This document shows, in pieces, positions 13,670-28,830 of a DNA stretch of 64,000 nt. Each line of letters opens with the position of its first letter. Position 1 is the stretch's first letter. The notes under the pieces are model-generated. The model worked only from the letters and a program-made list of their open reading frames with translations. It ran no database searches and was not told the origin of the DNA. The DNA is from Eledone cirrhosa (lineage: Eukaryota). The stretch is taken from contig OZ024743.1 of the NCBI GenBank assembly GCA_964016885.1, positions 108,500,001 through 108,564,000 of the forward strand, in the 5' to 3' direction. The position numbers and the translations under genes are program-made.

Positions 13670-14180
13670 TTTACAGCGAAAGATAGAGAGATAATTTCAT
13701 GCTTGAGCATATACAGAATATACATATAGAACAGTTCTCTTACAAAGAAATCCACAACCTCACACCTCCTAACAAACCCAGACACTCACAAATATCACAA
13801 CACATATGCAGAGGCCCGGCGTAACAAAATATGCATTAGTAGAGAGCCATCAATCTGTGTCACTACTTTGAATAGCAAAGTCTTCGATTGGTTGGTTAAA
13901 ATATATGCAAACTAATAATGACAGCAGTAACAGACAGAGCACTTTTGATGAAGAAAACAGCAAAGGTTTGGTGGAATGCAAAAGACAAGAACAGCGAAAA
14001 TAAACAGACACGCAAGGCACAACCGAAAACACGTTTGCACAATTAACACACCGCACGCAAAGACGTATAAACTAAACAAGACTCTTTGCAGATGGTTAGC
14101 AAAATACGACAAGTATGTTGTTTCATTAAAATCAAATATGTCTGACACTTTAAACAGAAATACCTGTGGGGGTGTCCTAT

Positions 14181-14288
<108 letters not shown>

Positions 14289-14896
14289 TTTAGGGAGTTG
14301 AGAGAGGGGTGGAGAATACATTCACTTATCTAGTAATATTCTTTAAAATAAAGCGGTATATATTTGGCTTAACCTTTGACATATTTCTAATCAAATTACG
14401 GTTACACATCTACACATATATATAAATATACATGTGTGTGTGTTCTGTTGTTGATTATTCCCCCAGTTAAGGTAATTCTTTTTTATCAACCTCGAAAGAA
14501 TAAAAGGCAATGTTGGCTTCGGTGGGATTTGAACCCAGAGCACAGATATCTGGAACAAACGCAGCACAGCTTTCTATCCAACGTTTTATCAACTCTGCTA
14601 GTTCGAGGCCTGAAACATACACCAACAGAAACAAACAATGGTTTATCTACTTATTAGTTGTAATCACCATATCACCCTAAAATCAAATCTGTCCTTTAAA
14701 AATATTCTCCAATTTAAACATAATGATATGGCCGAAATTCTTTTGATTATCGGTTTAATCTTTCAAGGCCGATAAACTCGGCATCGTCTAAAACTCTCTT
14801 CAACGTTAATGCTGATCATTTCTGCTTTTCAGTCTCTCCGTCTTTTCGTATTTCTCGGATTTTGTCAACTTCACCTCTCTTGCTCTATTCGTCTAA

Positions 14897-14993
<97 letters not shown>

Positions 14994-15123
14994 GGAAAGT
15001 TATATTTAAATTGCTTGGTTAACAACGAGTAAATATTTATAACTGATATAAAAGCACTCAACAAGTATTTGGAGTATATTTATGATATTAAATAAATGGA
15101 AACTATATTTATAAAACCATATT

Positions 15124-15189
15124 TATTTCGTTATATATATTTCAGGGATATCATATTAACAATATGTTATGCCTTCTTCAGACAAAATA
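15124..15189 (-). ncRNA. Type I hammerhead motif (P1)
   Basis: Reverse complement of 15345-15410. Confidence 0.75.
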
Positions 15190-15344
15190 CAATATAAACA
15201 GTCTTATAAATAAATAAATAGATACGACATACCTTTCAATCACCTTGCATTTGGGAGGTTGATTTGGCAAATCAACCTCCCAAATGCAAGGTGATTGAAA
15301 GGTATGCCGTATCTATTTATTTATTTATAAGACTGTTTATATTG

Positions 15345-15410
15345 TATTTTGTCTGAAGAAGGCATAACATATTGTTAATATGATATCCCTGAAATATATA
15401 TAACGAAATA
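15345..15410 (+). ncRNA. Type I hammerhead motif (P1)
   Basis: tattttgt CTGAAGA aggcata..tatccct GAAA tatata TA acgaaata. Confidence 0.78.
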
Positions 15411-16148
15411 AATATGGTTTTATAAATATAGTTTCCATTTATTTAATATCATAAATATATATATATATATATATATATTTCTGCTGTGTCAGTTCAACAT
15501 AAAGTGTATTCTTTTCTGTAACATGCCTTCTCTTCATTGTATTTATGATTTTGTTCTTCTTTCCTTCCTCTCCCTATCATCGTTTCTTCTACTCAAGAAA
15601 CACAAACCTCAACCTGTCCATATCTTTTCTGTCTATCAGAATATTCCCTCTCATTGCGCCACACTCTCTCTACATGTACCATTCAATATGTCTGCCTATG
15701 TATATATTTATCACTGTCAAGCTCTTACCCCCTAATAACTCTCCCTCACTCCATCTGTCATCCTTTTCAAGCTCGCAATTACTTTACGATTCTTTCTCTC
15801 TGTTTAGGTTTGGTATGCCTCTTTTTCTTTTTTTCTTTCTTTGCTCGGTCACTCTCTCTCTAGCTCTCTATCTTTCTCTCTCACATCCAACCACGTTTGT
15901 ACAAATATCTACAGAAACATGCACTTCTACTTATGTGCATGTATTTTAAATATCAACCTCATATTTCCTACAATAAACATAAGTAGCACATATTTCTACT
16001 TAACTGCTACATATATATACATATGTATGTATGTATGAATGTACGGATGTATGTATGTATGTATGTATGTATGTATGTATGTATGTATGTATGTATGTAT
16101 GTATGTATGTATGTATTTATGTATGCATGTATTTATGTATGCATGTAT

Positions 16149-16183
<35 letters not shown>

Positions 16184-16378
16184 GTTTGTATATAATTATA
16201 TATATATAGACGTGTACATACATATATATATATATACATGTGTGTGTGTGCGTGTGTATGTGTGCACGTATATCTGTATGTATGTATTTATGTATGTATG
16301 CATGTGTGAGTGTATATGTACTAATAGTAAATACGAAAACTAATGTCAAAGAGGACTCGATAAGGATTGTATATTTAT

Positions 16379-16485
<107 letters not shown>

Positions 16486-16509
16486 TTGATAGATAGATAG
16501 ATATATAAG

Positions 16510-17385
16510 TATATATAAACCGGTAGAGCTAATATTTATTATTAATACAGATTAAAAGATTTAGCAAACAAATTCTGTTTCCACCCTAAGCGGGATCATA
16601 TGAAAGTGCTGTAGATGTAGAAGAAAATGCTTCCAAAAATTACGACGAAATATTGCCTCTAGAAAATAGAAAGACATAATGTAGCGCGTGAGAACCTCTT
16701 CTTGAAATGAGGGAAATATATGCAAGGCTAATTACATCATATGGAGAAAGGATAAGAACGAATTCTTACTATGAAAAAAATCAAATTCTTGCTATCAGAA
16801 AATCAAGAGATTAATGGTTTTTTTTAGAATAGGTGATTTGAAATTAACAAATCAAAAACTACCCCTTTAACGTGAGCATGAGCGTCACAGGTTCGGCGTA
16901 CGTTTTACACTTTTCCATCAAAGATGAATTCCAGATGTAGGTTGCGGTTTGTATCGTGATGACGGTCGATTGGCTATGATTAGGTGCGGACATCGAGCTA
17001 ATTATTGATTTGTTTAAACCGACATTGCATCATACCTTTCGATGACTTCCGAATTATTGTTGCGCTGTGTTTAATCTTCGCATCATATACACGGGATTTT
17101 ATATTACATTCCTCTTGGAGAAAGCAGTTCTCTAGGATTTCTACAAGAACAGCTTGGATTAATGTCGGGTTTATCATTATCGGTAATTTTTTTTCTCAGG
17201 GATGGGTCACAATAATATGATAACTTGACGGAACTGTGATTGAAGATTTGACTGCATCTATGTTGTGGGAAGGAATGTCTATCTATTAGATCTAAAACCT
17301 TCATAGCTACATTAGTCTTTACGTTAAGCGAAAAGGGGGAGAGAACCAGATAATTCTTCATTTCCTGTTACCATTTTTAGTATGG
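16510..17385 (-). mobile_element. Decayed PLE 3' fragment (RT-EN linker, GIY-YIG, diverged P5-like terminus)
   Basis: PFSLNVKTNVAMKVLDLIDRH..IFNHSSVKLSY..CSCRNP..SRVYDAKI..RFKQ at ~16810-17385; 16530-16605 resembles the terminus at 32236-32310. Confidence 0.8.
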
Positions 17386-17583
17386 TTGAGTTGGGATTAA
17401 TTGTATGTGTAATATATATATATATATGTGTGTGTGTGTGTAGGGGGGGGTGTTTATGTATGTAATTATAGGTTATATTCCATAACTTGCTTACTAAAGG
17501 ACATTTTAGCTTCTACACCTAATTTCACATTTTCCTTATTCTATATGAATAAATAACTAAAAGTATATATATATATATATATA

Positions 17584-17751
<168 letters not shown>

Positions 17752-17811
17752 AGTGCGCGCGCGCATGTGTGAGTATATATGTGTGTGTGTGCATATGTGT
17801 ATTTCTGTATG

Positions 17812-17944
<133 letters not shown>

Positions 17945-18447
17945 TTAGAGTGAGATGTATTTATCTATGTATATATATATAAGTAGCTGAAAGCCAGACA
18001 TAACAGAATCTAAAGTGTTCTAGAAGTTGGTCTTACGTATGGCGCCGCATCGTTCAACCAAACGTAATTCCACATTTTCGAATATCCTCTTACTATATTT
18101 CTTTCTTACTTCATTTCAATCATTCTAACACCCTCTATCTTACGATATATTATTACCATTCTTTTGTATATATATATCTCATTTATACATATCCTGTGTC
18201 TATCTCTCCCTCAGGCTCTCCTTTCACCCTCTCTCTCTCTCTCTGTCTCGCTTTATATATATAACTATATGTGTGTGAGGGTAAGTGTTTGTATGTCTTT
18301 GTGTGTGTGTGTGTATATGTACGCGTATGTTTCAATACAAATAACCGTGACAATGCCATTTATTTTATAGCTGATTTAATGTCTTCATTACAGCAGGTTA
18401 TTTTATTGAAAAATTTAAATTCACAATGCTTTCTACATTTTCTCAAA

Positions 18448-18494
<47 letters not shown>

Positions 18495-18744
18495 GTACGT
18501 GTGCATATATACATATGTATATATATGTGTAAAAAAGAGAGTTAAGAGAAATAAAGAGAGTGAGTGGGCATTGCACCATTTTCTGTAAAGTGTAATTACG
18601 TGTTATTCTTACACACTCACGCATACATCCATAAATACACATACATGGAGACAGATGGACATTCTCACAGACATATTCATAACAATAATAATAATAATAT
18701 ATATATATATATGTATATGATATATATATATATATATATATATA

Positions 18745-18831
<87 letters not shown>

Positions 18832-19889
18832 TGTATGTATGTATGTATACATATATATATATATATAATGATCTGTTTTTTCCCGTTGTCCTAATCGTGT
18901 GTTCTTGTTTTGAATTATTTACATTATATCTAGAATCTTCTTGGCGTCATATGTATTAATTAGAGTTTCAGTTTTATAATAATTATAAGAAGGCTGTTCC
19001 GTTGATGTTGCAATTGTACCGAATTCTCCATCAGGGAGAACTGTTACTCACTGGCTGAGCATAATGTAAATTGCTGAACATTACACAGAAAATGTTTATT
19101 TAACATATTTCTCCGTGAGATCTTTTATTGTACCCGACATTTCTAAACAGCTTCTGTTTAATCAATTCCCCTCAGAATTTTGGGTTGACACGCGGTTATG
19201 TACTGGCATCAAACCCGGAAGCTCAGGTTTGTGAAGCAACCGTTTTATATATTCAGTCAAATAGAATCACTAACTACTACAAATATCGCCGCCACATCTA
19301 TTTGGATATATGAGTGAGCAGAGGTGAATGAGTGAGTGAGAGAGATAGAGGAGCAGAAATGTTGCCTTTGGTGCGAGTATTTATCACTGCGATAAATAAA
19401 AATGAAAACGTTCATGTTATGAAATATAGATATCCGCAATATTGTTTTTACTCTTCTCTCTAGACACAAATGAATATAGGATAAAAGTTCTTCTTGTTAT
19501 GCGGAAAAAAGATTACCAGTATATCTAACATAGGAGCTATATCTATATATAGAGATTTTAGTCAAGAGATAAAATTGTTCAATATCATAAAATAAAGAAA
19601 AATAATTTAATACGGAGAGAAAATAAAAAAGCTGTTACAGATGTATACGAATGATCAAAGACTTGGATCGTAAAGTTGAAATAAATTTAAAGAAAAATAT
19701 GAGTCGTAAATTCTATATATACTTGAACGAACGCATTTATTATATATTGGGTTAGGTTACTTTTTTTTATTAAGATATATAAAACAAGACAGAAGAGATA
19801 TTTACAAACGTTGGGAATGCTTGTTCTTCTTTATCTCAATGTTACATACATTTTAGCGCTTAGCTCGCTATCTTCGTTAACATGATCAA

Positions 19890-20088
19890 CAGATTAGCAG
19901 TATCAGTAGAGCGTCGGAGAAAATGTTTAGTGGTATATAGTTACGACACTTTATATTCTCAGTTCAAATCCCGCCGTCTTCAGCTTTGGCTTTTATGCTT
20001 CCAGAGTCCATAACTTATTGTGAAAAACAATCACTATTTAATAGACTTTGTCCTCCGCTAAAATCATGTGTCTAAATTAGAAAACAAT
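19890..20088 (+). mobile_element. Degenerate SINE A
   Basis: TAGCAGTATCAGTAGAG and AGTTCAAATCCCGCCG recognisable. Confidence 0.7.
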
Positions 20089-20861
20089 ATTAAGCTATGG
20101 TTTCTTTTCATTCACACAGGATGAATCTTTAAAACGGTATCTACTTTAACACGATCACCTCCAGTTAAAACAAAAGCAAAACCAATGAGGTTGCTCTAAG
20201 TGATTGAGCAACTTTCTAGGAATATATGCTAAATTCCCTTCCACAAAATGTATCATATCGTAATTATAACAGTAGTAAGAATGATTAGCCATAGTATACA
20301 CGATTACCTACAATACGCTTCAATAAAATCGCATACGGCATGAATTTACGAATGTTCAATATTATTAATTTATTGTTATCTCTTTCGATGGCTAATATGA
20401 TTTAAATTTCGTTTTGAGTGATGGTCAATAAATTGAATACGAGTAAAATATCGAATTGGTTTGATTATCATTAATACAAATTCTACAAAGAAAATCTTCA
20501 ACCTAAGAACGCAAAATGACAACTTCGTCAAGCTAATGAGGGTGTTTTTATATGGTGGTACAACTTGCTAGAAATAGGGGCAAATTATTTTCCAAATAAT
20601 TAAAGAAAATATCAGGTGATGTAGTCCTAACTACCATTCGCATAAAAATATAATATGCAGTCGCGGCTGGAATGCTTTTGATCATAGGTCTGCTTACTCA
20701 TCAGGACAAACTAAGCCATTATACACACCCAGACACTTCATATCTATGAGTAATGAAATACTTGAATTCTCGGCAACGCTGGAAGCAGCAACATCCTCGT
20801 AAATTAATGTAATAATATCATTGCAACGAGAACATAACAAACCCCATCCAGCACATAAAAA

Positions 20862-20995
20862 TAATTGTTTCTACTTTAGGCACAATGCCAGCAATTTCGG
20901 GGGAGGAGCAAGTTGATTAACTCGACCCCAGTGCATGAGTGGTACTTTATTTTATCGACTCCTTAAAGATGAAAGGCAATGTTAACTTCGAGCTA
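20862..20995 (-). mobile_element. Partial SINE A (long 3' variant)
   Basis: rc homology to the 3' half. Confidence 0.8.
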
Positions 20996-21732
20996 TACGG
21001 TCGTTACAACGATGACTATTCGTGCCCTGTCTCTCTCCCATGAACAGCTCGTCTGCTTTCTCTTCTTCGGCCGGATTTTTTATCTCGCTATCACCTTCAC
21101 CACCTGCGTCTCCGATTCTTCCGTCCAATTTCTCGACATCCCCCTCTCTCTCTATCGATCGTACTCACCACACCCTATTTACTTACATCTTCTACAGACC
21201 CACAGACTACAACTCCTACCTCTACTTCACATCCTCCCACCCCACCCGCACTAAACTCTCTGTAATCTACTCCCAATTCTTCAGACTTCATCGGCTTTAC
21301 ATCCACGACCATGATTTCGAGATCTAGTCGCAACGCATGGCTTCTGGCTTCATTCAGCGTGAATATCCTCGCTCTGTTATTCGAGCTGCCCTTACCTGCG
21401 CCCGTGTTACTGACATCACGACTGCCCTCTCATCCACCAACCGCTCCCCCAACACTCCACTTCATTTCCCATTCTGCTACCACCCGTATACCATACCACT
21501 ACATCGCTGCATCGTTTATTTGTTCCAAGCCCTCTTTTCTGACTCCGCCATTTTTCGTTTCTTTCCCAAACCTCCCATCATTGTCTTTAATTTCTACGAC
21601 CTTCTTATGCACAAGCCTCACCCCTCCCGCAGGTACAAAGCATTCCTTTCGCATTCGCCGCTCCTTCAGTTGCACCTCCACTAACGTCGTCTATGCCCTC
21701 CGGTGTTCCCTTTATGGGTCCATTTACATCCA
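20996..21732 (+). pseudogene. Decayed PLE fragment of a second lineage (RT thumb plus start of GIY-YIG)
   Basis: SVQFLDI..YRPTDYNSYLYFTSSHPTRTKLSVIYSQFFRLHRL and SFRIRRSFSCTSTNVVYALRCSLYGSIYI; C-rich sense strand. Confidence 0.85.
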
Positions 21733-22671
21733 GATTCAAATATTGAAAGATACATCAAGAACATTTTCTTTTCTTTTTATTCATGTAGAAAATATTCAAA
21801 TTCAAAGATGGGGCCTAAAATGTTAATTTATATGTTACAACATGTACTCAGTTGAACTGTACCTAAATGTTGATCAAAGTTCAAGAAGCAATATTCTTCC
21901 TCAATATGTTGAAACTATTTAAGAAAATTCTATTTCCCACGTTTTGCTTCGTTGAGAATTTGTCAGCCACTTAGCTTTGCACAGAACCAAACTATTTTTT
22001 GTAATGTAATAGATATTATCTTCATTCCATGTAGAGATAAGTATACAATCCCAGTGTCTGAATAATGTTATCGGCTCTCAGCTTAGATATAGTTAAATAT
22101 AAATGAATGCGGCAATGCAATATGGCGATGACCGTAATAACTAAAATAAACTAAAAATTAACTGAATATAAAACATAACACCGGAAAGAATCGGAAATCC
22201 GAGATATACAACGATGCGGATTAACTCTGAGTGGAATATAATTGATCATATGCTATGCTCAATAAGAGCTGACCAAAGAGTAAACAACAGAAAACCTGAA
22301 GCTTGTGGGGAAACTTTACGTTCTCATTCAATAATCAATCAATGGCAGCCAAATCCCCCCCCCCCCCAAAAAAAAAATCATACACTACGCACTAAAAAAT
22401 ATGAAACAAAAATATATCGAAAAACGTAATCCTGGTTATTTTGTATGAACCTTAGATTATGGACAGTATGATTTGGAGAAACCACTGGTGGAGGAAATGT
22501 ATTGACCAATATTAAGAAAAAAAATCAACTTTGGAATAAATTAGTTCACCGAGAGGAAGAAAAAATGTATAACTGTTTTTAATGATATTTTGTCAGAGAA
22601 AATTATTTTCTAAGGATACTAAATAGATACATGTAAAAGAGTTCTTCTGGCTTTCTATTCTTTCTATGATA

Positions 22672-22885
22672 ATAGTTTCTACATTTCGCACATGTCAGTA
22701 ATTTGAAGGGAAGGGAAAGTCGCTTAAATCGAATTAGCTCGTTACTGGTGCTTTATTTTATTGATACCACTAGGATGAAAGGCAAAACAAGCTTCGGCGA
22801 AATTTGAACTCACAAAGTAAAATGCTATAACCATATGCCACAAAGCATGCGGTCTGTTGCTCTACCAATGCTACCAATCCATCGC
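22672..22885 (-). mobile_element. Degenerate SINE A
   Basis: rc homology including GGATGAAAGGCAAA and ATTTGAACTC. Confidence 0.75.
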
Positions 22886-23039
22886 TAACGTCTTGACTAA
22901 AAACATCAATACTATAAATTAAAGGAATAGAAAACATAATTTGTTAGATTCTGGGTCAGATCTGAAACTACGATCAGTAATTCAAACGGAATAATTTTAG
23001 AATATCAACGCCAAATCTATGAACACAGAGTATTATTAA

Positions 23040-23370
23040 GAATTTCTCTTCGCAATCTTGGGTTCGATGCCTCTACGTGACATCTTATGCAGTACCCTTT
23101 AATACATTATTGATCGAACCATGATTTGTAAATGATATTGAGAAGAAAGACATCGAATGATAGTCCATCGGCTCGGCTATTCCTACGCTTAAAATGTCAA
23201 GATTTCTCATACATAGTGTCACACCGAATTTCTATGAGAATTCCGTTATGTGCCCAAATGTCTGTGTAATGCTCAGCCTCATACACATTAATTTCAGAAA
23301 CAGGCTATTCCGTGAATTAAACAAATGGAACATGCGTCGTCGAAATCGACGTAAGTCCACAAGCATATAA
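23040..23370 (+). mobile_element. Older degenerate SINE-like repeat (family B)
   Basis: GGGTTCGATGCC box B-like motif; related fragments at ~6930-7000, ~18990-19130 (-), ~39750-40080 and ~43650-43960. Confidence 0.5.
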
Positions 23371-23666
23371 AGTACATTTTACAACGTGATCTCGCCTCTC
23401 CCATAGAGTGGAAAGCAAAAAAAATGCATTTCCATTAGAAGTTTCCTAGAACCTAACAAAATTAAGTACAAATCAATGCATTCTAAACAAATTTTAAACA
23501 TTTTTTTTTTTAATTACGAATTAGAAATAACCATAAATGTAATAAAACCTATCCTAAATGTAATCAAAATACTCCAACAGAAATAAATATATAATGAAAA
23601 TAGTATTTAACAGGAAAAACATAAAAAAGTATGCACAGCTGTAAACCACACACAGATATATATATG

Positions 23667-23700
<34 letters not shown>

Positions 23701-23803
23701 TATATATATAATTATATATATATGCTATTCTATATAATTATAAATATATTTATATATATATGTGTCTGTATATACACAAGCAAACACAGACACACACACA
23801 CAC

Positions 23804-23902
<99 letters not shown>

Positions 23903-23907
23903 TATAC

Positions 23908-23981
<74 letters not shown>

Positions 23982-24147
23982 GTGTATCAGAGAATATTAA
24001 TGATATCTATCCACTTTCTGATGGTAGTCTGATGTAAAACTGTGTCAGGAAATTGTGTCACCAGCTAATGTATTGACAGTAGTATCTACTCAACGTGAAC
24101 ACACTTATATAAAGGCTGAAAACATTAGCAACGATGACAGGACTGCG

Positions 24148-24560
<413 letters not shown>

Positions 24561-25818
24561 TGTATATCTCATTAAATATCTACAACTTTCTTACACTAAA
24601 GAGGCTAGTTGACCGATCCGTTGGGGCGTCCAATTAGAAATGTCTAAGAATAAGTTGACATCGAGTGGATATCAACTGTACCTTTAAAGTCGATGAATAA
24701 AGTATCGATCTAGTACTGGCGTCGATTATTTATATCTCTTTGGAAGAAATCAGCTTTTCGATAACGAGATTGTTGGTCTCCTCCAAGTTTAAAATTCCCA
24801 AAACTCAAGTGCCATGAAGATGCCTATATGATTCCACCACGAGTCGACGGTACACTACATTTTGTTTATACTCTATAATGTTAAACATTTGAATTAAAGA
24901 ACCAGCTTCATGGATATTTTCTACTAAATCATTAGAGGATTTTAAGAGTTAATGCTGCAAATATTCACAACAATCTGTCAATTAGAAAGCATATTATAAA
25001 TATTAATCATATTAACACACCTGTTCTTAAATATATTCTAATAAATGAATGCAGGATGTAAGAGGTAATCAAACTGCAGAACACTTCATCATAATCAACA
25101 ACGAACGTAAAGAATATGTCAGAATGACTGGCTTCGTTTTGTGAAACGTTCGCCGGGGCGAAGGACGTTGGCGGTGATGGTGTTGGTGGTGGTAGTGGTG
25201 GTGGTGGTGTTTCCGTTTGTGGTGGTGTTGGTGGTGGTGTTGGTGGTGTTAGTGGTGGTGGTGGTGTTTGTGTTGGTGCTGGTGTTCCTGGTGGTGGTTG
25301 AAAGATTTTAGACATCGTTAAGGACTAATGTCTTTGTGGCATTACCTACATCTATTCGGTGTTTTATTTGAAAGTTGGTGAAGTTTCACTGATCACTATT
25401 ACAGATGATGCTATGTGCTTCTGTGATATCTGTGTTTTTGAGGTGAGTGTGTTTGTGTAGTAAGTGTTTGTGGTTTGTGCATAAATACTATCCTCTGAAG
25501 GAAGGGTAAATGTGTTTGCGTGTTGTGAACGTGTGTGTGAATATGTGAGGGAGTATTTTATGTGTGTTTGTCGGGGTGTTCTGTTTTATTTAGTATTATC
25601 TTACTTATTTATTTTGCTTTGTAAATTATTAATTTCTAAAGACATTGAATAAAGTAAGTGATTAAGTGCTGTTTTTCATTTAATATTCTTCCCTATGTCA
25701 TACAATATATCCACAATTTTTACTTATATATATAAATATCTGTGTGTGTGTTAGTGGGCATGGAAAATATATAAGGTTCAAGTTGACACAACCAGAAACA
25801 CACCGACACTCACACACA

Positions 25819-26104
<286 letters not shown>

Positions 26105-26150
26105 CGAAGGAGGCGTGGTATACACACACACACAGAGACACACACACACG

Positions 26151-26182
<32 letters not shown>

Positions 26183-26505
26183 ACAAAATCCCACAAAGAC
26201 ACACATACATATATACACATAGATACAGTTACATATTCATAAATGACACTAATAAGGTTGATTATTATATCTAGTTGTTCTCGGTATGTAGCATGTTGAG
26301 AGTTAGTTTTTATTTATAAAACAAAGCCTACATACCAGTTTAACCTGTACCGTATCGCATTCAGATGCCAAGGGACCTTGCTTAATAACCGTTAACAATT
26401 GTCATTATTTGAGTCTGTAAGTTTGTCCCTATATTTTGCCTGAGTTGGTATATTTATGTACGTGTGGATATATAAAATAACGCTATTATCTATTCATATA
26501 TACAC

Positions 26506-26544
<39 letters not shown>

Positions 26545-26586
26545 TACGTCAGTGCATGTTAGGCATCTTTTTGAAGAGGTAATTAT

Positions 26587-26682
<96 letters not shown>

Positions 26683-26688
26683 ATGTAT

Positions 26689-27302
26689 ATGGTGGCTACC
26701 AACTCGTTTTCGAGTACGGCCACTACTTTATATCCATGTAGGAGAACCCTTACCGATGCGCTGAACAAGTGTGACTTTTTACTCCAGCCAGCGACTTGAA
26801 AACTCTGGTACAAACACTACACTTTTGACAATTATTGACACATAGTGCTGGGCCCATGGTACCATGTGACGACAAGTGCAGAGAGATCTACAGATATAAA
26901 GCAATGCCTGTGCCGTGAAGCTTTTATAGTGAGCAAAGTCACTGTACAAAGCCAGTCCCAGTCTCTTAAACAAGACGATATTTACCAAAAAGAAGAACAA
27001 GACAATATCATTGGATACCATCAGGGTTGCAGGTGTTATATCAGAGTTTTCCTTGTCCTAGAATTCTGCCTTGACTAAGGCTAAGGGGTCATCTCTCCCG
27101 GTGATTTTGGATGGCCATTGACTCTTAAGATCTCCTTTGCCTTTTGACAGGTTTTGTTTTTAGTCCTGCAGAATGTCCAATGTCACCCTCCTCACCAAGA
27201 AACCTTGGTGGGGTTGCCAATTTAGTCGCCAACGACCCGACCATGAGACAGGTTGTACTGGGATACATGTTACCAGCAGCACCAACTGGTGACCTGACCT
27301 GA
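26689..27302 (-). mobile_element. Internally deleted RTE-like non-LTR retrotransposon (5' UTR-like part joined to 3' end)
   Basis: Minus strand has CTAGGACAAGGAAAACTCTGAT (RTE 5' UTR-like) then a C-terminal CxxC..FKSLAG.KSH..H-type remnant; flanked by (ATGT)n-rich sequence. Confidence 0.55.
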
Positions 27303-28442
27303 CATACATACATACAAACATACATACATACATAGTCTACAAATGGCTGCGATGCCTGGCACCTTCAACATTTGAAAAACATTCTTGCGATTCAAGGGAT
27401 GACAATTTCTTTTCCTTTACAACCTTGCCACCAGGAAGGTGGCCAGTCAAAGAAATATAATCGAAATTAAGAGAAAGAGATAACATACCTACATACATAC
27501 ATATATATATTTGATATTTCTTTAATTTATCGAACGTTCTTGAAGATGAATCTGTCATAAAACTTAGTTATCTATATCGTTTAAAGAGTCAATTCATTGT
27601 AAGATAACATTTTTTTCCGTTGTAAGATGGGCTTTTCCTATTAAATTTCTGGAAACGCTTTTTTGTTATTACTGAAAATAATACCGGGAGAAAGAGCGTA
27701 ACTAATATCCAGAATATGTCCAGTGAATTCTTAAGATACTGCAATCAGTTTGAGGAGGAAGGAGTTTAGTGAGGAGATGACTTTTAGTGAATATGTAATG
27801 TTTTGGAGGGCGAAGAATTCTCTATATATAGTTTCAAGGTTTGAATTATATATAAAAATGCTTTATATATAGCATTGAGTTTAGAATAATTTCTTATATA
27901 TAGTTTTGAGTTTCTTTCTAAAGAGAAAACATTTTCAGTAGGCCAAACCCTTCGCATGATTGAAATTCCTGAAATAGATTTATCAGTTTTGTGTGGAAAC
28001 ATTCTTTTGAAGTGACAGTTTAAGTTTAGTTTGCCGAAAAGCTTTAAGGCAAAGAATACTTGAAGTATGTTTATCGGTTTTGAGAGAGGAAATAATATTC
28101 TATGGAAGAGATAGTTCCTTCGAACTGATGAAGGCCTTAAAGGTAGTAAATTCCTGAAAAACGGTTATTATTAGTTTTGTGTTAGGAAATCTTGAGCGGT
28201 GAATGGGAGGATTTCTTCAAATTGATGACAGTTTTCGAAGACAATTAGATAAGACATATCGGTAGTGGGTAAAAGAGAGATGACATCTTGTAATAAACAG
28301 ACAAACAGATAAACAGATGAGAAGGATAAAAAAAAGAGAGAAAGAGCATGGGAGAAGGATGTATAGATATCTACATATGTATATACACCCATACCCACCC
28401 CCACAAAAACATACACACACACTCATATATATATATATATTT

Positions 28443-28587
<145 letters not shown>

Positions 28588-28683
28588 GAAAGAGAGGGAG
28601 ATATATATATATATATATACATACAGAGAAAGAAAGAGAGAGAAACATTTTTTTAAAATTATTTATAGATAGACAAATAGTGG

Positions 28684-28830
28684 GTTGTTTTTTTTACTTA
28701 GGCACAAGGCCAGCAGTTTGAAGAGAAAGGGAAAGTTGATTGCATCTACCCCAGTGCATTACGTGTACTTTATTTCATCGACCTCGTAACATGAAAGTCA
28801 ATGCTAACCTTGCTGGTATTGGAACTCATA
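28684..28830 (-). mobile_element. Partial degenerate SINE A
   Basis: rc homology. Confidence 0.7.

Larger units (their letters stand above)
14991..15458. mobile_element. Non-coding fold-back of the P1 pseudo-LTR (arms ~15075-15266 and ~15268-15458; tail ~14991-15074)
   Basis: Near-perfect ~190-bp palindrome homologous to the arms of 2677-5598; (TA)n on both sides. Confidence 0.9.
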
